Part shown: positions 37,841 to 47,334 of the stretch, piece after piece | How the letters are laid out: each line of letters opens with the position of its first letter | Numbering within the stretch: the stretch's first letter is position 1 | Assembly: GCA_046483985.1 (NCBI GenBank) | Contig: JAWOCD010000110.1 | Coordinates: 1-64,000, forward strand | Source of the DNA: Promethearchaeia archaeon | GTDB lineage: Archaea > Asgardarchaeota > Lokiarchaeia > Sigyniarchaeales > SOKP01 | Direction of reading: 5' to 3' | Length of the DNA stretch: 64,000 bases | Position numbers and translations under genes: made by a program | The notes under the pieces: model-generated | What the model saw: the letters and a program-made list of their open reading frames with translations, nothing else | Database searches by the model: none | What the model was told of the DNA's origin: nothing

Positions 37841-39367
37841 TTAATTGGAGAGGGAAGATTTAAGATTTTTAAGAAATCCGATAATGAATTTCCACATCTT
37901 TTCCACGCTTTTGACTTGTAATTTTTCATCGGGAGAGTGCGGATTTTCTATCTGTGGGCCGATAGATATTAATTCGGTTTCGGGGAAGCGGTCCTTCAAT
38001 ATTCCACACTCTAAGCCGGCATGGATCGCTCGCACTTGTACTTTTTTACCGAATAATACTTTATAGGTCTCTTTTGCAACATTTAAAAGGGTGGAATCGA
38101 AATTAGGAGTCCATCCAGGATAATCACCGATATGGCTTACTTTTATTCCAAGATCGGCTAACTGAAATAACGCTTCTATTTTTTCATAAATAATACGCTT
38201 AGAGAGAGGGTCCATGCTTCTCTGACTCGTCGTAACTTTAAAGGATGTATCGGTCGTTTTCAAGGCCGCTAAATTTGTAGATGTATATACTAACTTCTTA
38301 ATCTCCGGATGCATATCAATTACTCCGTTTGGGCACACATATAGCATATGTAATAGCTGATTTTGAACTCGTGTTGGAAAAATCAAATTTTCTTTACTTT
38401 CTTTACTAATTTCGTAAGAGAGGGTCATATTGGATTCTCTTGTTCCTATTTCCAACTCAATTTCCTCAAAAATATCTTCTAAAAGTTCTTGTATCTCTTC
38501 CTTTTCTTTCATTTTAAAGAAGAAAAAAGCTTTTGCTTCCCTGGGAATTGCATTCGGACGATTCCCTCCATTCACGGAACTTAAATAAATGGTATATTTA
38601 TTATTGACTTTCCAGAGTATTTTGGCGATAAGTTTTATGGCGTTTTCATGTCCTTTGTTGATATCAACTCCCGAATGCCCTCCCCGTAATCCCGAAATCG
38701 ATAAATTGATGGCCCCCATTTTTTCTTTCGTCTTATTTTCTATTTTCTCCAAATCTATATCTAATTCACCAATCGTACTTATCCCCCCGGCACACCCTAT
38801 AGTGAACGTATCATCATCTTCTGAGTCTAAGTTTATTAAGAAGGCGAGATTTGAAATAAGAGTGGGATCGATATCAAATGCACCCTGTAATCCTGATTCT
38901 TCATCGACCGTGCAGAGGCATATTATTTTACTACCCCCGAGATCTATTTGCGCATTTGCAATACGATCCATTAAGACTAAAATATAAGCAAGCCCCACAC
39001 CGTTATCTGCCCCCAATGTGGTACCCTTTGCGGTTATCCACTTCTCACTTTCCAACTCAATAACTTTCAAATCAAGGCCGTCTTTTTTAAAGTCAAATTC
39101 CACATTTTCGTTTTTCTCACAGACCATATCTAAATGGGCTTGAAGAACAACGGAATTTGCATCCTGCTCTCGTGAATAATCATACAAATAAATAAAAAGG
39201 TTTCCAGCTTTATCGATTCTATGCTCGAATCCAAAATTCTCAGCTTTTTTTACCATATACTCCCGAATTTTCTCTTCATATTTCGAACATCGGGGGATCT
39301 CACTTATTTGCTGAAAATAGCCCCAAAATTCTTGGGGTTTACTTAAATCATTCATTTCCAATTTCAT
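37841..39367 (-). CDS. pepD: Aminoacyl-histidine dipeptidase (M20C)
   Basis: QAHLDMVCEKN, TTLGADNG, DEESG, NLDSED, GGHSG, IHAGLECG, PHSPDE. Confidence 0.95.
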   Translation of the reverse strand: MKLEMNDLSKPQEFWGYFQQISEIPRCSKYEEKIREYMVKKAENFGFEHRIDKAGNLFIYLYDYSREQDANSVVLQAHLDMVCEKNENVEFDFKKDGLDLKVIELESEKWITAKGTTLGADNGVGLAYILVLMDRIANAQIDLGGSKIICLCTVDEESGLQGAFDIDPTLISNLAFLINLDSEDDDTFTIGCAGGISTIGELDIDLEKIENKTKEKMGAINLSISGLRGGHSGVDINKGHENAIKLIAKILWKVNNKYTIYLSSVNGGNRPNAIPREAKAFFFFKMKEKEEIQELLEDIFEEIELEIGTRESNMTLSYEISKESKENLIFPTRVQNQLLHMLYVCPNGVIDMHPEIKKLVYTSTNLAALKTTDTSFKVTTSQRSMDPLSKRIIYEKIEALFQLADLGIKVSHIGDYPGWTPNFDSTLLNVAKETYKVLFGKKVQVRAIHAGLECGILKDRFPETELISIGPQIENPHSPDEKLQVKSVEKMWKFIIGFLKNLKSSLSN

Positions 39368-39496
39368 ATTAAATTTAACTCCATTGATAATTTTGGGAAT
39401 AACATCTGAGCTATATTATCAAATTATTTATATTGATACTCTTTTATTAATTACTAGAGTAGAAAATAAAAACAAGTCCTCAAGAGAGATAAGAAC

Positions 39497-40720
39497 GTGA
39501 GTTTTAAAGATCTTTATTCCGAAGTCAAAAAACGGAAAATGCAAGCTCTAAATAAGAAAGATGTGGTGAAAGCCGTTGAAAAACATGGAAAAATTCTTGC
39601 TGTTGACGGAAAATTCGAAAAAGTGAAAAAAGTCATTAAACACATATATGCCTCTGAAAAGGAGATTATTAAAACCAGAAACTTAAAAGATATTCTTAAA
39701 ACAGATCTCAACCGCTTTGACGTGGTGTTATTAGGATGTCCTGGAAATAATATCCCGCGGGCTGCACATCCCAAAATTAAAAGGTATGTGGAACAAGGGG
39801 GATGGCTTATTACCACCGATTGGGTAATAAAAAGTATTATTGAACCAGTCTTTCCGGGATATATTCGTTGGAACGGCAACAGATCTGATGATACGGTCGT
39901 GTCTTGTCAAATACTGGAACCAAATCATCCGTTTCTTGACGGAGTGATCAGTGAAATCAGCAAAAGCAAGTGGCAGGAGTCTGCGAAAGACGTAAAAAAA
40001 AAAGAATTTAAATGGTGGCTTGAAAACAGAAGTTTCCCCATCCAAGTTGTGAATCATCAAGCGGTGCGGGTATTAATTGCCTCTTGGGAGCTAAAAAATA
40101 AATACGGCGAGGCTCCGGTTTTAGTCTATTTTGATTATGGAAAACAAGGGGGGAGAATTATTCATATGATAAGTCATACGCATTTACAAAAAGGAGGAGA
40201 AAAAGGAAAGTATGCCTCTGCACTTATATTGACTAATATCTTAGATGAGAAAGTTGCCAGGAAAATGGGCATATCAAAAGGTCAACCTGCTAAACCAGCT
40301 CAACGTTATCAAGATCCTTCTTCTCCCAACCAAAATCAAAATTATGTGACACCGCAAATGCCCCCAGCTCAATCAAATCCCCCATCAAATCAATCTGCTT
40401 TTGAAGAAAATTGGGTTTTCTCTTCGCAGAACCAATCGGACCAAAATGATTATGTAACTCCCGATAACATCGGCTCTGAAGGAGGGAAAGGGGCTGAAGG
40501 CGTGGACTTGACAGGCACCTCAAAAATTGTGGAAACCGATGTAAATGATCCTAGTTTTTCCTTTGCTGATGAATGTGCTTATTGTGGATATGATTTTGGG
40601 GAATATCAAGGAAAGGTGTTCACTTGTAATGAATGCGGAACGCACTATCATGAAAATTGCATTAACCAACAAGTGCAAGAGGGGGTATGTAAAAAATGTG
40701 GTAGGATCCTCCTTTGGTAA
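39497..40720 (+). CDS. Hypothetical protein: GATase-fold-like domain, Q/P/N-rich linker, C-terminal PHD/RING-type zinc finger
   Basis: GCPG..YVEQGGWLITTDW; CAYC..CNECGTHYHENC..CKKC (C4HC3). Confidence 0.75.
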   Translation: MSFKDLYSEVKKRKMQALNKKDVVKAVEKHGKILAVDGKFEKVKKVIKHIYASEKEIIKTRNLKDILKTDLNRFDVVLLGCPGNNIPRAAHPKIKRYVEQGGWLITTDWVIKSIIEPVFPGYIRWNGNRSDDTVVSCQILEPNHPFLDGVISEISKSKWQESAKDVKKKEFKWWLENRSFPIQVVNHQAVRVLIASWELKNKYGEAPVLVYFDYGKQGGRIIHMISHTHLQKGGEKGKYASALILTNILDEKVARKMGISKGQPAKPAQRYQDPSSPNQNQNYVTPQMPPAQSNPPSNQSAFEENWVFSSQNQSDQNDYVTPDNIGSEGGKGAEGVDLTGTSKIVETDVNDPSFSFADECAYCGYDFGEYQGKVFTCNECGTHYHENCINQQVQEGVCKKCGRILLW

Positions 40721-40768
40721 ATCACACCACTCATTTATTTATTATTCTATAGTTTTTCAAATTAAAAT

Positions 40769-41530
40769 ATGAAAGTTACCTTTTTGGGAACTGCGGGAAG
40801 TACTATTTCAGCACATAGAACCTATCCTTCTATCTTGATTAATGATGATTTTTTATTGGATTGTGGAGAAGGGACCACTCAAAAATTAGTTAGCTTGGGA
40901 TATATTGACGATATTTCGATAATTTGCATTACTCATCTTCACAATGACCATTTTCTAGGAATATTTTCGCTGCTTTGGTATTGGTATATTAATCAACGAG
41001 AAAAACCGTTGCATCTGATTTCCCCTCCCAATATTCAGAAGACGATAGAACAGATTTTAGATTTAACCAACACTCCGGAGAGTATGCGAAAATCATTTGA
41101 AATTCACTATAGCCCATTAAAAAATATAGAGGGAATGCAAAAATTGGATACTAAATACAAGATTAACGCCCTTAAGATGGAACATCTGGATCCGACCTTT
41201 GGATTCAGAATTAGCCACCGGGGTCGCATTGTTGCTTATTCTGGAGATAGTAGACCCAATGAAAATTTGGTAAAATTGGCTAAGAATTGTAACCTTCTAA
41301 TTGGAGAAGCAACCTATTCTGATTCTCTTAAGGATCTTGCAGAAGAGCACTTTCATTCGACGCCATCACAGATGGCACGTGTTGCACAACGAGGGGGTTG
41401 TAAAAAATTAGCATTAGTTCATATATCTCCCTTCTTTCATGGAAAATTACAGGATTTTCAAGAAAACGCGGCCCAAATATTTAAGGGTGATATAATTATC
41501 CCCCAAGATCTCGATGTACTTGAATTATAG
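40769..41530 (+). CDS. RNase Z-like metallo-beta-lactamase hydrolase
   Basis: FLGT, LDCGEG, THLHNDH, YSGD, EATY, HST, LVHISP. Confidence 0.9.
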   Translation: MKVTFLGTAGSTISAHRTYPSILINDDFLLDCGEGTTQKLVSLGYIDDISIICITHLHNDHFLGIFSLLWYWYINQREKPLHLISPPNIQKTIEQILDLTNTPESMRKSFEIHYSPLKNIEGMQKLDTKYKINALKMEHLDPTFGFRISHRGRIVAYSGDSRPNENLVKLAKNCNLLIGEATYSDSLKDLAEEHFHSTPSQMARVAQRGGCKKLALVHISPFFHGKLQDFQENAAQIFKGDIIIPQDLDVLEL

Positions 41531-41540
41531 ATATTAAGCA

Positions 41541-41614
41541 TTCTGTGTTGTCTAAGGTGTGTATAGCACATTAGGGAGCACGAATCCATCGCCCGTTAGG
41601 GCGTGGTAGTTCAA
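41541..41614 (+). mobile_element. 74-bp IS200/IS605-type right-end mini-element (copy 2)
   Basis: ...GAAT-CCATCGCCC-GTTA-GGGCGTGG-TAG-TTCAA; similarity to copy 1 stops exactly after TCAA. Confidence 0.8.
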
Positions 41615-41775
41615 ATTAGAAGGCTGAAAGACATTAAAATCAATTTTAAGGAATTAGTTCATCTTTTGTGGAGATTTGTAAAAAGTAACTTCCCTAACTG
41701 AATGTAGAGAAAAATTGAAAAAGAAAAAAAAGAAAAAAGAATTAAAATGGGGATATACAATTTTGTAAACGATTT

Positions 41776-41973
41776 TTATACTTCTGTAATAATGATGGCT
41801 TCTTCAGGGCATTGTGTTTCGCAAGCTCTGCAACCAACACATTCATCTCTCCTTTCTTCAATAACCGTTACCTTTCCGCCCTCTGGTTCTCCAAAATTCT
41901 CGGAGGGACAAACTTCATAACAAGTACCGCATCCTGTGCAAGCATCCATATCAATCTCTATATCAAAGCTCAT
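41776..41973 (-). CDS. 2[4Fe-4S] ferredoxin
   Basis: CTGCGTCYEVCP and CVGCRACETQCP. Confidence 0.95.
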   Translation of the reverse strand: MSFDIEIDMDACTGCGTCYEVCPSENFGEPEGGKVTVIEERRDECVGCRACETQCPEEAIIITEV

Positions 41974-42198
41974 AAAATGTCACTTCTTCTAATTAATATT
42001 TTAAAATTACTTAATTATTAAAATAATATAAATAATATAAATTTCGTTCTAGGTCTAATATAAGAGAATTGAAATTTTTCTTCTAAAAATAAAACTCCAC
42101 TTTTAAATAAGTTTCCGGGATTATTTCTTTTATAAACCTAATTTAAAATAAAATAATTAACTACGCATATATAAGTAGTGTAAACGGAGTAAATCAAT

Positions 42199-43314
42199 TT
42201 GCTTGGAGAACAACTTTGGAATTATAAAACACAAGGAGCAATTCTCGGTATTAAGGCGATTAAAATATCAAATAGTGGGGATAAGAGATTAATTGCCCAT
42301 TCGAAATCGGGAGATCTTTTCATTTTTTCATCGGATGGGACTTTATTATTTCAAGATACTATTACAGAAGATACTTCTATATGGTGTTCCGAGTTTTACG
42401 ATCTCACAGGAAATGGGAAGAAAGAAATTATTTTAGGAAGTTATGATGGACTTCTTAGGACATTTCAATTTTCTGACGGAAATAAATTAGATCCGCTCTG
42501 GGCTCATCGATTTGGAGGCTCAATCAGCGGAATTCTCATAGAAGATATTAATAATGACGGTAAAAAGGAATTAATTGTTTATTCTCTAGATCAGTCACTC
42601 CGAGTCTTAAAGGCTACCGATGGCTCCTTAATCTGGGGGCAAATGTTTGAAGAAGGAATCGGAGATATTGTTGTCTGGGAGGGAAAAACGAAAACTACTC
42701 AAAAAGAGATATATGCGGCCGGAAATGATCATACCATTCGAGCTTTCAAGGGGAACGATGGTGCACTATTATGGTTTAAACGGTTTACCAATAAAGTCCG
42801 GTGCGTTGATTATCTTCGTCACAAAGGGAGCGATTATATCTTTTGTGGAGGGGATGATAAAACATTACATATTCTTAGGCGAGACACACAAGAGGAAATA
42901 AAAACTATGTCCTTTGACGACTATGTGTGGAAAGTGTTGAGTTACCCCCCGCAAGAGCATGAGCATATGATAATCTCTTCATATTCTTTTGCCTATTTTG
43001 ATGACTCAGTTTCCATCGATGAGATTTCTTTTACCTCAAAAATGATTGAAATGAATCGTGCGCTTGAGATCGAGTGGGAGGTTGCTTCTAAAAACGTTGA
43101 GTGTATTGATTATTTGGAGTTGAATTCATCATCTTTCCTTGGAGCAGGGACCACAAAAGGGAAATTTCTCTTGATAGCTCCTAGAACGGGGAATATTGAA
43201 TTAAGTATGCGAAAGGAAAGCTGTCTTAACTCCTTTACGCTTTTTCCTTCCGATAAAACCATTTTTACTGCCCATGACGATGGGAATATATATGCATACA
43301 ATCTTGAGATTTAG
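42199..43314 (+). CDS. Beta-propeller protein with FG-GAP-like DxxxDG repeats
   Basis: DLTGNGKKEIILGSYDG, DINNDGKKELIVYSLDQ, repeated D-x-x-(I/L)-R blades. Confidence 0.8.
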   Translation: MLGEQLWNYKTQGAILGIKAIKISNSGDKRLIAHSKSGDLFIFSSDGTLLFQDTITEDTSIWCSEFYDLTGNGKKEIILGSYDGLLRTFQFSDGNKLDPLWAHRFGGSISGILIEDINNDGKKELIVYSLDQSLRVLKATDGSLIWGQMFEEGIGDIVVWEGKTKTTQKEIYAAGNDHTIRAFKGNDGALLWFKRFTNKVRCVDYLRHKGSDYIFCGGDDKTLHILRRDTQEEIKTMSFDDYVWKVLSYPPQEHEHMIISSYSFAYFDDSVSIDEISFTSKMIEMNRALEIEWEVASKNVECIDYLELNSSSFLGAGTTKGKFLLIAPRTGNIELSMRKESCLNSFTLFPSDKTIFTAHDDGNIYAYNLEI

Positions 43315-43615
43315 CGTAAGTGCCGGATGCTTTTTCACTGTTCACGGAAACCATTTCAGATTCAAGAAGAAATCTTAGAAAGATTACAGGAAAAGCGAGA
43401 ATTGTCTCCAATTTTCATCATTTTAATCTTGAATTAGCCGACAATCAGATAAATAACCTTATGTGATGCGGTTATTTTAAAGAAATTAGGCATTGACCTC
43501 CTAAAATGAAGTGGCTGGAGATATCCCAATTTCAGAAGAAATAAAAAGTAAAAGAAAAAAATAGAAAAAAGATTGTGGTAGCTTTAATTTTTGGTAAGTA
43601 CACTATATTAGACCT

Positions 43616-43987
43616 TTACGGACTTGGTTGTGGATTCGATTCGCTGGCTTTTTCTTCTGGTTCTCCTTCCTCTTCAACTTCTACTTCTTCTTCCATTTCT
43701 AACTCTGCTTCAAGTTCTTCAAGTGGAACTGGTGCAGGAGTAGTAAGCATACTATATCCAATCCAAACTGCAATAACGCAGACAAGGATTACTAAGATCC
43801 AAAGCGGGAGAACAGTAAATAGACGCCAGTCTAATAGGTCCACTCCAAAAATCCTAAATACAATTCCATGAGGCTCTCCACCTATTGTAGCTAGGTAGAG
43901 GTCTACGATGGAACCGAGAGTATAAACAATAGCGACAACTACGCCGAGTATCGCCACGATAAGGCCGATTATTTTATCCTTCGACAT
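43616..43987 (-). CDS. Small 2-TM protein (DPM2/PIG-P-like) with acidic tail
   Basis: DKIIG...YT..., LPLWILV...WIGYSMLTTPAP. Confidence 0.6.
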   Translation of the reverse strand: MSKDKIIGLIVAILGVVVAIVYTLGSIVDLYLATIGGEPHGIVFRIFGVDLLDWRLFTVLPLWILVILVCVIAVWIGYSMLTTPAPVPLEELEAELEMEEEVEVEEEGEPEEKASESNPQPSP

Positions 43988-44378
43988 TTTTTTGTTTGTT
44001 TTTTTTTTAATAATTTTATTTATATTAGTAATTTATTTATAATCAAATAAAAACCATATTATCCTTAATTGTTAAAATCTAAAATTATATCTAAAAATTC
44101 CTCTATTTCGTCTTCATCACACTCTCCAACTAGGAATTGGAAAACGATTAAAGGAAAACCATACTTGCCTATACGATCTTTACGGGAGGCAATTACGGTT
44201 CTGCTTGGACATCTGGTAAAGATTAGAAAAAATAAACCAAAATCCTCAGAAAGCTATGGGAATAGACGTGCTAAAATCCAAAATAATTTATATAGGATCC
44301 TTGCTAATCTTACAAATTTATTTTATTCTTTATAAATGTTAAATTTCAGAAAAAGTATTTTAAAAAAAGATTTGAAAA

Positions 44379-44696
44379 TTATTTGGATTTAATCATTATC
44401 AGCATCATTTTGTACTTTTCGATAGCTTTTAGGGCATGGGGTTCATTGGCAGGCATAATAATGGTCTCCCCTTTTTTTACATTAAAAGGCTCCCCATCAA
44501 TAGTTATTTCCACTTCTCCATCAAACACATATACAAGAGCATCATAGGGGGTTGTATGCTCCCTTAATCCTTCTCCCTTGTCGAATGCAAATAAGGTAAT
44601 TGTTCCAACCTCTTTATCAATGATAGTCTGACTAACTACTGAATTTTCTTGATACTCGACTAAACTTTCTAATTCTTTAATTTGTGCTGGTTCCAT
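44379..44696 (-). CDS. Cupin domain protein
   Basis: TLFAFDKGEGLREHTTP..., MPANEPHAL. Confidence 0.92.
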   Translation of the reverse strand: MEPAQIKELESLVEYQENSVVSQTIIDKEVGTITLFAFDKGEGLREHTTPYDALVYVFDGEVEITIDGEPFNVKKGETIIMPANEPHALKAIEKYKMMLIMIKSK

Positions 44697-44728
44697 ATTT
44701 TTTCCTCCTTGATTAGTTTATAATTTTT

Positions 44729-46633
44729 TTATATCCCTAATTTATCCCGATTAGTTTCTATATGGTCCATCATTGCGTCTACAGCATCTTCGGTATCCGT
44801 TTCCACATGTAGAATGCCGCCGGTAATATCTTTGCAACCTTCCGTTAGCAATTTAACCAAGTCCGGACCGCCAGTTACCGTTGGAATGGGATTTACATAG
44901 GTGTATAAGCCAAAAGCAAGCGCAAAAATGGCATCGATCGTCGCCTTTTGTTCCATATATTCGGGAGCAACTGCAACAATAGGTAAATCAGGTATAGAGA
45001 CTCCCCCCAAGGCATCAGAGACAGCACCTATAAGATCGGCAATCCTCCCAGTATCTGTACACGTGCCATAACTCAACACGGGCGGTATACCCAGTTTTTC
45101 GCAAAGCGCCTCAAGCCCCGGTCCAGCTAATTCCTTTGCTTCTGGAGAACATAATCCAGCAACTTGTAAGGCAGCATTTCCACACCCCATAGAAAGGACT
45201 AATATATCCCTTTTGATAAGTTCTTTTGTAATATCAACGGTATGCACATCTTGTCCCTTATCTCTTAGACTTGTACAAGAAACTAATCCCGCAATACCTT
45301 TTATTGTTCCTTCTTTAAGAGCATCTAGTAATGGCTCCAAAGATCCTCCAAGGGCTTCAAGGATGCTTTCTGTAGAGAATCCCACCATTGCTTCATTAGT
45401 TTCTAATCCAGATACTGGTTCAACTGTATTGTGTCGTTCCTCAAAGTTATCTAATGCCATTTGTAAAATTTTTCTTGCTTGATCTTCGGCCTTTTCTGGA
45501 ATATAGTCAACCCTCTCATCAATGCCCTCAAAAGAGACAACTTCACTTGCGGGAAGTAATTTAAACTTATATTTTTCTGCATAGATCGGATCAATTGGTA
45601 ATGAGCAGTTCATATCTGCGACAAATACGTCAACACACCCACTTGCTAGAATTGCTTCTTGCATTATCCAATTTCCTGTAAATCCATAAAATACATCATC
45701 CATTTCCCACCTTTGGATCATCTCTTGACCTGTTTCTATGTTTGCGATTATTCTCAATCCCTTCGCTCCAACTTCTTCCGCTTTTTCTTGCCATTTTGAT
45801 TTTCTCGCTTCTTGTACCAATGCAAACCCTAAGAAAGGCTCATGACCGTTGGGAAGCACATTTACATAATCAGGATCCAGGACTCCCAAATTAACCCTCA
45901 TATTATGGGGTTTGGGTATGTTAAACAAAATATCTTGGCAAAATTCATTAACAATTTGACTCTGATATGCCATTGTAATCCCCAATCTCATGGCCTTTAA
46001 TGCTAAACTTGCGTAATATCCATCAACATTCGTCAAACAAGAACTTGTCGAGAGCATCATTTCTCCATAAATTCCTCCTGGAAAAATATCTAACTTTTTC
46101 CATGCTTCTTGCCTTTCCTTTGGTGCTAATATTTCTACGATTTTACTATGTTCATGATAGGGACGATTGAAATCTTTCTCAACAAAGTCACACAATCTTA
46201 AGGCAACATCTACATCGGAACCAGATGTTTCTACCCCTAATCTTTCTGCAAAATCTTGTAATTTCTCCGGCTCGCTTATTTTATAAGGAGTGTTTCCTTT
46301 AGCTGTTGCCCTCAATGTCCTAATCGTCGTAGCTGTATGATATTGATACGTAGATGCCCCCATAATATTCCTTAAAAGCATCTTCCTCATTGCCATCCCA
46401 TCTGCGGTGATTCCACATACCCCTCGTTTATCTAATGACGCATCTGCTCGGCAAGGGCCGTTAGAACATAGATCACACCGAGCCCCCTTCATACAGTAAG
46501 AACATCGCTTATCGGGATCATCACCGAATCCTTGGGCTACATATCGATCCCAGACATTTATCATGCCATCATTTTTAATTCGATCATAGACTTTCTGAAC
46601 CGACTTATGGTAAGATATTCTTTCCTTTTCCAT
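44729..46633 (-). CDS. cooS: Ni,Fe-CO dehydrogenase (CooS)-family protein with atypical C-cluster ligand segment
   Basis: RCSYC..GARCDLCSNGPC..CG, GHEP, DMNC, SCT, GCG, GTCTD, EQKA. Confidence 0.9.
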   Translation of the reverse strand: MEKERISYHKSVQKVYDRIKNDGMINVWDRYVAQGFGDDPDKRCSYCMKGARCDLCSNGPCRADASLDKRGVCGITADGMAMRKMLLRNIMGASTYQYHTATTIRTLRATAKGNTPYKISEPEKLQDFAERLGVETSGSDVDVALRLCDFVEKDFNRPYHEHSKIVEILAPKERQEAWKKLDIFPGGIYGEMMLSTSSCLTNVDGYYASLALKAMRLGITMAYQSQIVNEFCQDILFNIPKPHNMRVNLGVLDPDYVNVLPNGHEPFLGFALVQEARKSKWQEKAEEVGAKGLRIIANIETGQEMIQRWEMDDVFYGFTGNWIMQEAILASGCVDVFVADMNCSLPIDPIYAEKYKFKLLPASEVVSFEGIDERVDYIPEKAEDQARKILQMALDNFEERHNTVEPVSGLETNEAMVGFSTESILEALGGSLEPLLDALKEGTIKGIAGLVSCTSLRDKGQDVHTVDITKELIKRDILVLSMGCGNAALQVAGLCSPEAKELAGPGLEALCEKLGIPPVLSYGTCTDTGRIADLIGAVSDALGGVSIPDLPIVAVAPEYMEQKATIDAIFALAFGLYTYVNPIPTVTGGPDLVKLLTEGCKDITGGILHVETDTEDAVDAMMDHIETNRDKLGI

Positions 46634-46743
46634 ATTTTATACACTTAGACAATTTCTAAACACTATTGAATTTACGATTTATTTTAAGTATGTTTTATTT
46701 TTACTAAATCATAAAATATTTTCTTATAATTTAAAAAATAACT

Positions 46744-46755
46744 CGAACATGTTCG
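46744..46755. promoter_or_regulatory. Perfect 12-bp palindrome CGAACATGTTCG about 110 bp upstream of cooS; candidate operator
   Basis: GC-containing palindrome in an otherwise AT-rich promoter region. Confidence 0.35.
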
Positions 46756-46758
46756 GTT

Positions 46759-47239
46759 AAAAGGGAAGATTGGAATTCTAATTAATTTATTACAAGGATT
46801 TATTGATGAATTTAGTGAACGTAAAATTAATTACCAGGATCCTCCCAAGCTTTATATCGCTCTTACAACCAATAATTTCTTCGGTTCAGAATACTTATAC
46901 GATTTGTTATCCCCAAGGAATACCTGAACCTTGCGAATAGAGAAATTTGAAGACACACTAAGAAATTTAGGAAATAACAACTAATGAAGTGTTAGTAAAA
47001 AATTTAAATGAAAAGATAGAAGGTCTGATGAAAAGATGGGCGGTGTAATGGACACTAATCCTACTATTAAAAGAACGGTTGGAGAGATTCTGCAAAAAAA
47101 GCCGATAAGAGAAGATGTGAAGCCGGATATAAAATTATGGCTACCCATGTCATTATCGGAAAATGCACCTTCAAAAGCCAAAACCGTGGAGGATAATTAT
47201 TCGAGAGGATTTCGGATTCGATCAACGCATTCATTTTGA
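46759..47239 (+). pseudogene. Possible decayed gene remnants between cooS and rbsK
   Basis: Protein-like fragments broken by stops and a frameshift; TAATG stop/start overlap near 47046-47050. Confidence 0.3.
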
Positions 47240-47334
47240 TATCCGAATAAAATGATACAAGCAAACTTAAGACTACAAAAACCCTTATATGGGAATAGAA
47301 TTTAATTATTTTTAGCGATATAATATTAAATGTT

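Noticed and set aside
17948-41614. The two inverted 74-bp copies as ends of one 23.7-kb composite transposon
   Set aside because: Both are right-end-like, the enclosed DNA is housekeeping, there is no transposase, and IS200/605 elements do not use terminal inverted repeats.
46638-46653. TATACACTTAGACAAT resembling part of the 74-bp mini-element
   Set aside because: A 16-nt gapped match with no hairpin or TCAA end; compatible with chance.
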